Virus record (IMG/VR): IMGVR_UViG_3300028590_000018
Span: 1-57,403 of that record
Source of the DNA: a virus
Lineage: Duplodnaviria; Caudoviricetes
Direction: 5' to 3' (one strand)
Length of the DNA stretch: 57,403 nucleotides
Each line of letters starts with the position of its first letter. The first letter of the stretch is position 1. Made by a program: the position numbers and the translations under genes. Below, piece after piece: positions 45,802-55,237 of the stretch. The notes under the pieces were generated by a model. The model was not told the origin of the DNA and did not search any database. It saw nothing but the letters and a program-made list of their open reading frames with translations.

Positions 45802-46395
45802 GTGGGCAAGATCTGGCGTCTCGAGGACATCGACCCGGACGATCCGGAGGAACGATTCCTCCCTGTGTTGCAGTGCATCCCGATCGGATTCGGGGCGGAC
45901 GCGGGCGGGCGGAACCGGATCATCTGGCCGGAGCAGATCGCCCGCGCGGTCTCGAAGCACCTGACCGAAGCGGGCGTGCCCCCGATTGATCCGGAAGCGG
46001 CGACGGTCGAGTTCCGTCCGCCGTATCGCGGGGAGCAGTCGCGATTCAACGCGATGGGTGGATGGGTTCCCAAGGGGTCCGACCCCGCACCGGATCCGGT
46101 GGTGATCCAGGATCCGGCGTCGATGACGGTGCGGGAACGTGAAGCTGTGGTCGAACGGCTCCGCTATCAGGGCTACAAGATCAACGAACCCGACCCGGAG
46201 CAGCCGACCGCGAAGATCGTCGACGCCATCGACGAACCGCCACGGTTCGACCCGAGCGCGCACACCGTGACCGAGGTGAACACCTACCTGCGCGACCTCG
46301 ACGACGAGGTGGAGAAGCGGCGAGTGCTCTACACCGAACGTAAAGGCCAGGCACGCAACGGAATCCTTAAAAGGCATCAGGGGGACGGCCGATGA
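45802..46395 (+). CDS. Minor tail-associated protein (DUF2744-like)
   Basis: DPDDPEERF...SKHL...FRPPYRG...GGWVP. Confidence 0.8.
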   Translation: MGKIWRLEDIDPDDPEERFLPVLQCIPIGFGADAGGRNRIIWPEQIARAVSKHLTEAGVPPIDPEAATVEFRPPYRGEQSRFNAMGGWVPKGSDPAPDPVVIQDPASMTVREREAVVERLRYQGYKINEPDPEQPTAKIVDAIDEPPRFDPSAHTVTEVNTYLRDLDDEVEKRRVLYTERKGQARNGILKRHQGDGR

Positions 46396-48125
46396 CCACA
46401 GCAGTAGATTTCGCTGCTCGACTTGTCGATCCGACCGCGATCCGGGATGCAGGCCACGGCGCAGTCATCGTCTATGTCGCACCCAGCAGACCCGGCAGCA
46501 ATTTTGGCGCGAAACCGATCACGAAGCTGTACGCCGACCAACTGCGCGCGGCCGGACTAGAGATCGCGTCGGTATGGCAGTACGGCAAGCCCGGTAATCC
46601 GCAGGCGCCATCGGACTGGACCACTGGCTACGACGGCGGCCAGCGAATGGGAATCGAAGCAGCCGAGCGGCATCGCGCCGCGGGCGGCCCCGATAAGGCG
46701 CCGATCTTTTTCGCGGTCGACGAAGACATCTCACTCGAAGACTGGAACAACCAGGCCGTCGATTTCTTCCGCGGCATCAACAACGCGATCGGCGCGGAAC
46801 GCACCGGCATCTACGGGCATTCGCGGGCGTGCGCTTGGGCCGCACAGGACGCTGTCCTCGGTTCGGCCGGCGGCGGGAAGTACTGGGCATGGCAGACGCG
46901 TGCCTGGTCCGGGGGTGAAATCGCACCCGAGGCCGTTCTCTACCAGCGGGTTATCGACACCCCGACAAGTCCTGGGCCGCTGATCGACGGAAGCGCCGTC
47001 GACGTCAACGACGTCCTCGCGCCGCTGTACGGGCAGTGGTCCCACTACGAACAACCTGAGGAATCGCCGATGGCCCGACCTGAATACACCGAACTCGATC
47101 GCATGGGGAACTCCCGGTCGGAGCGCTGGGGTGCGCGTATCACCAACTTCTTGCTGCATACCCAGGAAGGCGACGGCACGGCCGAATCGCTGTCGGCGTA
47201 TCTGAACAATCCGGAGAACGGCGCGTCGTATCACTACACGGTGCGCGGCGGGATCGTGTGCGCCGTCGTCGATACGGATTACGCGTCGTGGTCGGTCCTG
47301 GACGCTAACGCGCAGACCATCAACCTCTGCTTCGCTGGCAGCCGCGCGTCGTGGTCACGCGAGGATTGGCTCGAGATCCGCGACGACCTCCGGATCGCGG
47401 CGTGGCTGGCTGTTCAGGACGCGAAAAAGTACAGCTTCGCCACCGATGTGATCGCCCCGCCATACGAACGGCGCGACGGCATCTCCGACCACAAATATGT
47501 GACGCAGTGCCTCGGCATCGGCACGCACACCGACGTCGGCCCTAACTTCCCATGGGATGTCCTCGCTGCGGATGTCGCCGAATTCGCAGCTGGCGCAACG
47601 CCACCTCCGCCACCTAACGCCATCAACGATGTCGAAGCCGCGAATCCATGGCTGGGCAAGCGGATCACCAACGGTGAGGCTGCAACCCCTGACGGTGTCG
47701 GACGATACGCCGAATACGAGCACGGCCACATCTTCTGGAGCCCATCCACAGGTGCGCAAGCCATCCCGGCATCGCTGTTCGGCAAGTATGCCGCGCTCGA
47801 TTGGGAAGCGGGCACACTCGGCTACCCGATCACCGCAGCCACACAGCTCGAGCACGGTGAAGTCCAGGGGTTCCAGCGCGGTGCAATCTACCGCCAAGAC
47901 GTCCGCGACCCGTTCTGGCTGCACGGCGCGATCCGCGAACGATGGAACCGGACCGGTTACGAGAACGGTCCTTTCGGCTGGCCCGTCTCCGACGAGGAAC
48001 AACTGTCCGGCGGTGAAGTGCGGCAGCGGTTCGAGCATGGGCAGATCGTCTGGCCCGGCCGCCGCGACACCGTCGCCCTGCTCGACGCAGACGGCCCCGA
48101 TACCCCTGTCGCAGACCACGATTGA
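46392..48125 (+). CDS. lysA: Endolysin (Lysin A): DUF1906/GH25-like + amidase-2 + LGFP repeats
   Basis: PIFFAVDED and WQTRAWS; LHTQEG, ASYHY, HTDVGPNFPWD; LGYPIT and FGWPVSDE. Confidence 0.93.
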   Translation: MTTAVDFAARLVDPTAIRDAGHGAVIVYVAPSRPGSNFGAKPITKLYADQLRAAGLEIASVWQYGKPGNPQAPSDWTTGYDGGQRMGIEAAERHRAAGGPDKAPIFFAVDEDISLEDWNNQAVDFFRGINNAIGAERTGIYGHSRACAWAAQDAVLGSAGGGKYWAWQTRAWSGGEIAPEAVLYQRVIDTPTSPGPLIDGSAVDVNDVLAPLYGQWSHYEQPEESPMARPEYTELDRMGNSRSERWGARITNFLLHTQEGDGTAESLSAYLNNPENGASYHYTVRGGIVCAVVDTDYASWSVLDANAQTINLCFAGSRASWSREDWLEIRDDLRIAAWLAVQDAKKYSFATDVIAPPYERRDGISDHKYVTQCLGIGTHTDVGPNFPWDVLAADVAEFAAGATPPPPPNAINDVEAANPWLGKRITNGEAATPDGVGRYAEYEHGHIFWSPSTGAQAIPASLFGKYAALDWEAGTLGYPITAATQLEHGEVQGFQRGAIYRQDVRDPFWLHGAIRERWNRTGYENGPFGWPVSDEEQLSGGEVRQRFEHGQIVWPGRRDTVALLDADGPDTPVADHD

Positions 48126-48136
48126 AGGGAAAGAGC

Positions 48137-48394
48137 ATGAAAATCTTGGACACCATACGCAGTGAACCGATCCGCGCCATCCTCTATCCAGTGCTCGGCG
48201 TAGTGGTCGCGGTCCTCGTGGCCAAGGGTGTGATCACGCAGTTCTCGGCGGACACGGTCATTGCCATCATCGGCGCTATCCTCGGCGTGCCGGTAGCAGC
48301 GGAGATCGCGCGCTTGAAGGTCACGCCTGTGGCGAAGTCGCTGGGCGGTGAGGAAACCGGGGGTGCTGACCGGCCTGCTGTTGCTGGGGATTGA
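48137..48394 (+). CDS. Holin
   Basis: Two TM helices immediately after lysA. Confidence 0.8.
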   Translation: MKILDTIRSEPIRAILYPVLGVVVAVLVAKGVITQFSADTVIAIIGAILGVPVAAEIARLKVTPVAKSLGGEETGGADRPAVAGD

Positions 48395-48734
48395 ATCGCA
48401 GACCGGCACGGGATCGCCGGTCACGGACGTTTTCCTCAACTACGGCGCTATCGGCGCGATCCTGCTGGTGTTCATCGCCGCCACCTACATGCTGTTCAAC
48501 CGGCTCACGGCGGCGCACCAGAGTCAAATTGACCGGATCACCGCGGCGCATGAGAAAGAACTTGCCCGCGTCGAAGCGGCATATGCGAAAGAGGCGGCAC
48601 GTGGTGACCGCCTCGAAAAAGAACTCGCCGACCTGAACAAAGTCGTGAATACCTCAACGGCCGGTGTGTTGGCACGAGCTACAGACGCCATTCGGGAGGC
48701 GCTGGGAATCATGCATAACCAACGGCGGCAGTAA
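48363..48734 (+). CDS. Lysis-cassette membrane protein (TM + coiled coil)
   Basis: YGAIGAILLVFIAATYMLF; GAGGA RBS. Confidence 0.75.
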   Translation: MLTGLLLLGIESQTGTGSPVTDVFLNYGAIGAILLVFIAATYMLFNRLTAAHQSQIDRITAAHEKELARVEAAYAKEAARGDRLEKELADLNKVVNTSTAGVLARATDAIREALGIMHNQRRQ

Positions 48735-48889
48735 TGCCGGACAAGTACGAGCGTGAGAACGACAACGCCGAGGACATCCTCCTTGCCGTGCATGAAACGG
48801 TGGGTCGAGTGCGGGCGTTGGCCGATGAATTGTCGGCGTACGTCGACAAGTTGCACATAGCGATGAAGGACCGAAAGGGGGAATCCTGA
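48734..48889 (+). CDS. 51-aa hypothetical protein (not in ORF track)
   Basis: TAATG/TGATG coupling; MPDKYERENDNAEDILLAVHETVGRVRALADELSAYVDKLHIAMKDRKGES. Confidence 0.65.
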   Translation: MPDKYERENDNAEDILLAVHETVGRVRALADELSAYVDKLHIAMKDRKGES

Positions 48890-49293
48890 TGGAGAACCTG
48901 ACTCGCGCTGTCGAAACATTGAATGCTTCGGTGGCGGGGTTGACCGAGCGCTTCTCTCTAATGGAGCAAGTGGTCGAGGATCTCAATGAGCAGAAGCGAG
49001 GCCAGCATTCCATTCGCATCTATTTGGGGGGGCTCGCTGTCGCGATCGCGCTGTGCCTCGGGTTGGTGATCGGATTCGGATTCCTCTTCTACCAGGTCGA
49101 GCAGAACCAGCGGGAAATAAAGGCAGTCCAGCAGCGGACCTCAGTGGAGATCCTGTGCCCGCTCTACACGGTGTTCGCCACCAGCATCAAGATGAACCCG
49201 GCGAATCCAAACCTCACCCCTGAGCAGGCGCAGTTCAGGCAGCAGGCAGCGGACACTATCCTCGCCGGGCTGTCCAAGCTGGGATGCGCTTGA
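48889..49293 (+). CDS. Lysis-cassette membrane protein
   Basis: Central TM helix flanked by coiled coils; two Cys in the C-terminal part. Confidence 0.75.
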   Translation: MENLTRAVETLNASVAGLTERFSLMEQVVEDLNEQKRGQHSIRIYLGGLAVAIALCLGLVIGFGFLFYQVEQNQREIKAVQQRTSVEILCPLYTVFATSIKMNPANPNLTPEQAQFRQQAADTILAGLSKLGCA

Positions 49294-49306
49294 TGGGTGA
49301 CCGCGG

Positions 49307-50176
49307 ATGACCACCCCAGGCGGTTCCGCTCCCGATGGGTCCTTCGTCGTCGGCACCGACTACGGCTCCAACCTGGACGAGGCGACCGTCCACGCCATCA
49401 CTACCGGTGGCGCCCGGGTGTCCTTCACCAACGTCCAGAGTTCCATCAACAACCCGGTAGGCAACGTCCTGCCAACCGGAACCCCGCTGTGGGCCACGTT
49501 CACCCGGGAAGCCGACTCGACGTTCCCGCGGATCATGCTGGCCCGCAAAGCCTCCGGCGTCACCATCAGCGCATCCACAGCCAGCGCCGGATCGCACACG
49601 CACAGCGTCAGCGGTAGCACCACCAGCTCCGCAGGGTCGCACAACCACACCGTGACCACGTCGGCGTCGATGCAATACGCCGTCCCGGACTATCAGCCGG
49701 CCGGGCATTCAGCGAACCTGACCGAGCTGGGGTTCATCGAATGCTCGAAAGACCGGACCTACAACAACTTTTCGTTCATCACCGGCGACTCGTGGACGCT
49801 ACTGGGGATCGGGGCTTTCTATCTCGCCGTGTACAAGATGGATTTGAGCAGCGGGAATTTGTCCCTGGTCGCGCAGACCAGCGACATCAAATCGTCGGTG
49901 AGTTCCACGAACACCGAGTACACGTTCGGGCTGAACAATTCGATCGCAGCGAAGAAAGCTGACATCTTCGGCGCGGCCACCTTGCAGGTGACATCGCCTG
50001 GGCAGACCTGTAACTCGATCTGTCAGTTGACGTTCTGGCCGTTGACTGCCCCCGCCGGGTTCAAACCCTCCGCGCTGTACGCCTACGCCGGAGGGTCGAG
50101 TACACCGATGTCCTCTATCAACTACAGCTCCCTGACATTCAATTCGGGGTTCGTCCCCTACTACGCCCTGAGCTGA
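49307..50176 (+). CDS. Minor tail protein
   Basis: MTTPGGSAPDG start; SAGSHTH repeats. Confidence 0.8.
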   Translation: MTTPGGSAPDGSFVVGTDYGSNLDEATVHAITTGGARVSFTNVQSSINNPVGNVLPTGTPLWATFTREADSTFPRIMLARKASGVTISASTASAGSHTHSVSGSTTSSAGSHNHTVTTSASMQYAVPDYQPAGHSANLTELGFIECSKDRTYNNFSFITGDSWTLLGIGAFYLAVYKMDLSSGNLSLVAQTSDIKSSVSSTNTEYTFGLNNSIAAKKADIFGAATLQVTSPGQTCNSICQLTFWPLTAPAGFKPSALYAYAGGSSTPMSSINYSSLTFNSGFVPYYALS

Positions 50177-50189
50177 CGGGAGACTCCGT

Positions 50190-50603
50190 ATGACCGTCAT
50201 TTCCGACAACCTCACAGATCTCGCGGGAACGCCGGAAACGCAACCAGTATTCTTCTCCACCTTCGCGTTGCGTGACAACGCCGACGGTACAGCGATAGTC
50301 ACCACCACCACCCATTCCTACACCCCGGTCGACGGGGCTATCACTACCGATGACCTGGATCCTGGTCCGGCGCGGGTGAAGATCGGGATGCGTTCCTACA
50401 GCATCGACATTCCCGACTGGGGGACGCCGATCCGGTTGATGCCGTTGATCGAGGCCGGGCTTCCGGTGTCGCCGAGCGACGAGATCGCCGCGGTCCGTAA
50501 CGGCGGTGGTGTCGCGATCATCAAGGTCCTCACCGAGGACGAATACGCGGCGCTCACCTCGACGGACCCCGAAACCATGTACGTCGTAGTGCCGAATCCG
50601 TAA
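50190..50603 (+). CDS. Minor tail protein
   Basis: LDPGPARV; LTEDEYAALTSTDPETMYVV. Confidence 0.8.
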   Translation: MTVISDNLTDLAGTPETQPVFFSTFALRDNADGTAIVTTTTHSYTPVDGAITTDDLDPGPARVKIGMRSYSIDIPDWGTPIRLMPLIEAGLPVSPSDEIAAVRNGGGVAIIKVLTEDEYAALTSTDPETMYVVVPNP

Positions 50604-50626
50604 CGGCCACAACCGAAGAAACCCGA

Positions 50627-50656
50627 ACCCCCGAAGCGTGCTGCTCGGGGGTTCTT
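50627..50656 (+). terminator. Intergenic hairpin / possible terminator
   Basis: GAACCCCCGA...TCGGGGGTTC followed by TT. Confidence 0.55.
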
Positions 50657-50711
50657 GGCATCCAAAACGCCGACCTGCTACCGCGGTCGATTACCTAAGG
50701 AAGTGGTCCCC

Positions 50712-51149
50712 ATCGCGCACGTGGCGAAATTCTACGGGAAGTTCTTTCTCTCCCTGGCGAACAAAGAGATCGACATGGACAGCGACAGCATCAAGGTGAT
50801 GCTGTGCACCGTCAGCTATGTCCCTGACCAGGACGCCCACCGGTATAAGTCCGACGTCACCAACGAGATCACGGGCACCGGTTACACCGCTGGTGGTGTC
50901 GCGTTGTCCTCGCCGACGATCTCCTACACCGGTGCTACGAATCTGTGGGCGTTCGACGCGGCGGACGCACAGTGGACCGGCGCGACGTTCACCGCCCGCG
51001 TCGCAGTCGTCTACGACGCCAGCCCAGCATCGGACAGCACGAGGCCGCTGATCGGGTACATCCTGTTCGACGCCGACATCCCGGTCACCTCATCGACCTT
51101 CACCATCGCCTGGGACGCGACCGGTATCGCAACCGTGACCGTGTCCTAA
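50712..51149 (+). CDS. Virion structural protein (tail-associated); start codon uncertain
   Basis: DSIKVML...NEITGTGYTAGG...FDAADAQW. Confidence 0.8.
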   Translation: MAHVAKFYGKFFLSLANKEIDMDSDSIKVMLCTVSYVPDQDAHRYKSDVTNEITGTGYTAGGVALSSPTISYTGATNLWAFDAADAQWTGATFTARVAVVYDASPASDSTRPLIGYILFDADIPVTSSTFTIAWDATGIATVTVS

Positions 51150-51159
51150 CGGATTCCTT

Positions 51160-51945
51160 GTGGTCGCTCTATTCCGCCAGGAATCCGCGCCAGCGGAACT
51201 GTGGTGGTCGGGTGCGGATGGCGTCGTCAAACAGGTGGTGCGCGTCTACCTCGGCGATGTCCTGCTGTTCGACGGCACCCGGCCCGCCCTGATATTCGCG
51301 CCACGCATGCAGGCCACCGCCGCCATGGCCGCCTCGGTCATCCATGCCGGCGTCACCGTCACAGTGCCGCCGATGCTGGCCAGCGCGGACTACAACATGC
51401 CGACCCTGACCGGCGGTGCGCGGGTCGCCGCGCCGGCCATGGTGGCCGCGGCCAGTATCCCCACACCGGCGGTCACTGTCCCCGGCTATGTCGAGGTGCC
51501 GCCGATGGTGGCGTCCGCGGGTATGGCCGCACCGACTGTGGAACTCGCGTCCGGACTCGTCAGTGCGCCGCGCATGCTGGCCTCCGCCGACATGCCCGTG
51601 CCGACGGTCAGCGCTGGTGCGGTGGTGAACGCGCCGCCGATGACCGCGTCCGCGGACATGATCCTGCCTGCCCTGCATGCGGGTGCCGCCGTTTCCCCGC
51701 CCGCGATGACCGTCACCGCCGCAGGAGCTGTGCCCGCGGTGTCGGCTGGCGCCGCGGTGACGGTGCCCGCGATGACGGCGACAGCGTCCGGCCGGGTTCC
51801 CGCCGTGACTGTGCCGGCCACGGTCACCGTGCCCGCCATGACGGCCACCGCTACAGCGGTCGTACCGACCGACATCGGCGACACGGTCCCGTACCCGTCC
51901 GATGACCTTTTCCCGGGCGATGACCTCTTCCCTGGAGAGCCATGA
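51160..51945 (+). CDS. Repetitive tail-fibre-like protein
   Basis: About 9 repeats of V-x-(V/A)-P-(P/A)-M-x-A-x-A; ends YPSDDLFPGDDLFP. Confidence 0.75.
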   Translation: MVALFRQESAPAELWWSGADGVVKQVVRVYLGDVLLFDGTRPALIFAPRMQATAAMAASVIHAGVTVTVPPMLASADYNMPTLTGGARVAAPAMVAAASIPTPAVTVPGYVEVPPMVASAGMAAPTVELASGLVSAPRMLASADMPVPTVSAGAVVNAPPMTASADMILPALHAGAAVSPPAMTVTAAGAVPAVSAGAAVTVPAMTATASGRVPAVTVPATVTVPAMTATATAVVPTDIGDTVPYPSDDLFPGDDLFPGEP

Positions 51946-53246
51946 CATACACCAAACAGACATGGGTCAACAAGCCCACGTTAACGACGCCGGTCAACGC
52001 GACCCGCATGAACCACATGGAAGACGGCATCAACGAGGCCGTCACGCAATATCCGCTGACTACGAAAACGCTGTGCTGCAGTAATGGCGGGCAAGGCGGG
52101 CAGACCGCACTCTATGTCGCCGGTACGGCGACCACGCTCTCGGCGGTAACCAATTTATCGTTCCGCATCCCATTCACGCTGCCCGCCAATGCGGACTCGT
52201 TCTACGTGGATATCTCGAATTACAATACGGGCGGATCGGCGAACGGCGGCGCGTCGCTCACCCTCGACAAGGCTGTGTGCGGGCAAGCGACTGCTCGCTC
52301 GCTCGGCGATACCGGGCCTACGGGAAACTTCAACGGCGGCGCGGCCACGACATTGGCGACGAGCGGAACCATTCCGAATACCGGAGGTGCGCTGACGCTC
52401 GGTCCGTTCACTACGGACCTCCCGCAGGATGGTGTTGAATGGCTGCTCGGCATTGCCTGCCACGGGTCATCCCAGACCTTGCAGACCGGAATCGGCAAGG
52501 CGTGGCGCTGGTCCGATACCACATCGGCAGTGAATCCCGCTACTGCCAGTAGCGGCGGCACGGTCGGCTGGGTCCCTCTCGACGTGGTGATCAGATACAC
52601 CACGACCAACCGGAAGAAAAGCCTGTTGGTCATCGGAGACAGCATTCCCGAGGGCGCGCAGGGGCCCTCGTGGGCGGTATCGAGCGCACGCACCGACATT
52701 GTGCCTACGCCGTGGGCTGACCGATTCTGGGATCGCTGGGCTATGCGCAGGGGCGATTATATGGTGCAGAATCACTCGCTGTACGGCGCCTTCGCGCAGA
52801 CCTGGGCTTCGTCCTCGTATCGTGGATGGACTCGCCTAGCGACCAGCGGCGGCGCATTCGATGCCGCAATTCTCGCGCTCGGCTGCAACGATATCGCCAA
52901 TGGCAGGACCGCCGCACAGATTCAGGCAGATTTGATCAGTTGCTTGACCAACATTCGAACTATTGTGGGAACAACGGTGCCGGTATATGCGGTGAATTTC
53001 ACGCCATATAACACCTACACCTCCACGATGGAGGGCATTAGGAAGACTATGAATCAATGGTTCTCCCAGCATCCGTATGGAATAAAGGGAGTCATTGATC
53101 TCGAAAGCGGAAGCCGAGTGACATCGGCGACGGCGACCTCGACGACCGCCACCGCCTATGACACCCAGTTCACATCCGACGGCACACATCCGTCCTATGA
53201 GGGCACCAGCCGTATCGTCGCAAACCTCATGGCCGAGATGCCTTAG
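51942..53246 (+). CDS. Tail-associated SGNH/GDSL hydrolase
   Basis: YTKQTW...TPVNATRMNHMEDGI anchor; IGDSI, LGCND, DGTHP blocks. Confidence 0.88.
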   Translation: MTYTKQTWVNKPTLTTPVNATRMNHMEDGINEAVTQYPLTTKTLCCSNGGQGGQTALYVAGTATTLSAVTNLSFRIPFTLPANADSFYVDISNYNTGGSANGGASLTLDKAVCGQATARSLGDTGPTGNFNGGAATTLATSGTIPNTGGALTLGPFTTDLPQDGVEWLLGIACHGSSQTLQTGIGKAWRWSDTTSAVNPATASSGGTVGWVPLDVVIRYTTTNRKKSLLVIGDSIPEGAQGPSWAVSSARTDIVPTPWADRFWDRWAMRRGDYMVQNHSLYGAFAQTWASSSYRGWTRLATSGGAFDAAILALGCNDIANGRTAAQIQADLISCLTNIRTIVGTTVPVYAVNFTPYNTYTSTMEGIRKTMNQWFSQHPYGIKGVIDLESGSRVTSATATSTTATAYDTQFTSDGTHPSYEGTSRIVANLMAEMP

Positions 53247-53298
53247 TTGTATTGCGGTCAGAGCTATCACCGCTGTTATTCCGTAAGCGCTGGTCTGA

Positions 53299-53655
53299 TC
53301 ACTGCCAGGGTCCGTTGGCGCCGAGCGCGACTTTCGCCGACCCGAACGGCACCAGCGTCTGACCGGATCTCGCGAAGCTCACCTGGAACCACACCCGGTT
53401 GCTTTGGCCGTTGGTCATCACCACATCCGCCCACACGATCACCTGCAGATCGTTCGGGTAGGTGGCGGGCCCGAACTCATCGACCACGTTGCCGTTCTTG
53501 CCGACCTGACCACTGATCACGCCCTTGGCCATGGCCAGCATTTCGGTCTGCCGAGTGATCGCGCCGGCGGATGTCGTGGGAGCGCTCGACTGGGAGTCAT
53601 TCCCGCAGCCGGTCAACAAGACAGCCGCCGCGGCGGCCAGGATGATGGTCCTCAT
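53299..53655 (-). CDS. Lipoprotein
   Basis: MRTIILAAAAAVLLTGC lipobox. Confidence 0.88.
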   Translation of the reverse strand: MRTIILAAAAAVLLTGCGNDSQSSAPTTSAGAITRQTEMLAMAKGVISGQVGKNGNVVDEFGPATYPNDLQVIVWADVVMTNGQSNRVWFQVSFARSGQTLVPFGSAKVALGANGPWQ

Positions 53656-53737
53656 CGGAATGTTCCCCTCGACTTGCGGTGACGGTACCCGTCACCCGAG
53701 GTATCCGTCTACAACCACCCCGGATCTGTTACACAAC

Positions 53738-53780
53738 AACGCCCCGCCGTGTCCCGAGATGGGATGCGGCGGGGCGATTT
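53738..53780. terminator. Hairpin terminator
   Basis: CGCCCCGCCG...CGGCGGGGCG. Confidence 0.7.
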
Positions 53781-53797
53781 CGTGCGTGCAGGCGTCC

Positions 53798-54076
53798 TCA
53801 GTGGTCGTCTTCCTCTGCGTACTTCCTGAGCCGGTCGGCGGTGGCGTGTAGCAATGCAGGCAGCCCCATCCACCGGGCGAGCGCGGCGAGCGCGAACAGC
53901 GGCCACATCGGCGACAATAGAATCGAGAAGAAGGCCATTGCGGCGGGACCGCCCGGATGCCCCATTGCCCACCTCACATCGGGGTCGTTGGTCTTGTTCT
54001 CGCGGGCCTGCTCGGCGGCGATCAGCACATGCGCCACCATTCCCAGCAGGTAACCGATCAACAGGTAGTTGCTCAT
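53798..54076 (-). CDS. Small two-TM membrane protein
   Basis: Two hydrophobic segments; GAGGGG RBS. Confidence 0.75.
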   Translation of the reverse strand: MSNYLLIGYLLGMVAHVLIAAEQARENKTNDPDVRWAMGHPGGPAAMAFFSILLSPMWPLFALAALARWMGLPALLHATADRLRKYAEEDDH

Positions 54077-54098
54077 ATCCCCTCATCGTCTCTCTGAT

Positions 54099-54138
54099 AA
54101 AAACGCCCCCAACCTCAGTTCGAGGTTGGGGGCGATTT
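54099..54138 (-). terminator. Intrinsic terminator after the twin peptide genes
   Basis: CGCCCCCAACCTC/GAGGTTGGGGGCG followed by TTTTT on the minus strand. Confidence 0.8.
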
Positions 54139-54153
54139 GTCGTGCGGGCGGGA

Positions 54154-54282
54154 TCAGTCCTGGCCGTTGATCTGCCGGTAGTCCTCACCCAAGCGATGCT
54201 TCGGCGCGTCCACACCACGGGGATCGAGGTTGTAGTCGTCGCTCGAGTTACCGCCCTGCGGACCCGGGTTGTACTGCGGCAT
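54154..54282 (-). CDS. 42-aa peptide B (not in ORF track)
   Basis: GAAAGGG RBS; MPQYNPGPQGGNSSDDYNLDPRGVDAPKHRLGEDYRQINGQD. Confidence 0.75.
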   Translation of the reverse strand: MPQYNPGPQGGNSSDDYNLDPRGVDAPKHRLGEDYRQINGQD

Positions 54283-54345
54283 ACGTATCCCTTTCTCAAT
54301 TCCCCGACCGATTGCCGGGGAGGTCTTGTATCGGTTGCCGCTTGG

Positions 54346-54474
54346 CTACCGCTTGCCCCACGGGCTGATCACGCCGTGACCGCGAACGTCCTCGCTACCG
54401 CGATCGTCACGCGGGTCGGTGTTCCAGTTGTCGCTGTTGTTGCCATCCGGTCCGGGCTCCAGCAGACGCGCCAT
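54346..54474 (-). CDS. 42-aa peptide A (not in ORF track)
   Basis: AAGGGAG RBS; MARLLEPGPDGNNSDNWNTDPRDDRGSEDVRGHGVISPWGKR. Confidence 0.75.
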   Translation of the reverse strand: MARLLEPGPDGNNSDNWNTDPRDDRGSEDVRGHGVISPWGKR

Positions 54475-54558
54475 TGATCCACTCCCTTACTCGGTGATTT
54501 CGAACAATCCCGGCCGGTGCCGGGACATCTATGTGGGCCAGCCTGTCGGGGCCAGCTG

Positions 54559-54828
54559 TCACGGCTTCCCGTTGGCTAGGCGCTGACGATCGCGGAATTC
54601 GCGATAGACAGGACGGCCGATGACCGATCGCCCGGTGTCGGTGATCCGCCAGAACGTGGGCACGGTGGTGCCGGAAGCGACCAAGCCGCGTGTCTCGAGC
54701 ATGCGCAGCGCGGTGCGCGCGGTGGGCGAGGTGAGGCCCGACAGGAGAGCGAGAGCCGTTGCGGTCTCGTGCTTCCCGAGCGCCTGCATGACACCCAAAA
54801 CCTTGGCTTGGGATTCGGTGAGCGCCAT
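54559..54828 (-). CDS. Winged-HTH protein
   Basis: LTESQAKVL...TALALLSGLTSPTARTALRMLETRGLV...WRITDTGR. Confidence 0.8.
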   Translation of the reverse strand: MALTESQAKVLGVMQALGKHETATALALLSGLTSPTARTALRMLETRGLVASGTTVPTFWRITDTGRSVIGRPVYREFRDRQRLANGKP

Positions 54829-55058
54829 CAGGATTCCCCCCATTTCTGGAACGCCTCGAGGAACTGGTCCATCGCCTCGATCGTCGGCAGGCCGTCAGGC
54901 ATGCGTGGAGGTTTCGGTGGTCCGACGAAGGCGTCCCGCTGGGGCAACTCGAAGTCGATGACGTCGCCGCCGCAAGTGACCGTCGCCCACGACCCGTCCT
55001 CACGCTGCAACATGCCCTGCGTGCGGCTTTCGTGATCCCAGAGAACGTTCCAGCTCAC
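54828..55058 (-). CDS. Hypothetical protein
   Basis: GTGA/TGATG coupling. Confidence 0.7.
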   Translation of the reverse strand: MSWNVLWDHESRTQGMLQREDGSWATVTCGGDVIDFELPQRDAFVGPPKPPRMPDGLPTIEAMDQFLEAFQKWGES

Positions 55059-55237
55059 TGGGTCACCACCGACCCGTAGGCGAGGGCGGTCATGTACTGC
55101 TCACAGCCTCCGTGCCCGGCGTGGAACGACAGCAGGTAGCGGGCGTGTTCCATGCCCTCTACAGCTGGTGTGGTGTCGCAGTTCTGGGCGGTGTTATCCC
55201 ATCTGGCCCGCACGTCGGCGGGAGCTACGGCGATCAC
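55055..55237 (-). CDS. Small His/Cys-motif protein
   Basis: ARYLLSFHAGHGGCEQY; GTGA overlap. Confidence 0.7.
   Translation of the reverse strand: MIAVAPADVRARWDNTAQNCDTTPAVEGMEHARYLLSFHAGHGGCEQYMTALAYGSVVTQ

Noticed and set aside
49307-53246. Diversity-generating retroelement or invertible tail-fibre locus
   Set aside because: No reverse transcriptase, invertase, template/variable repeat pair or inverted crossover sites seen
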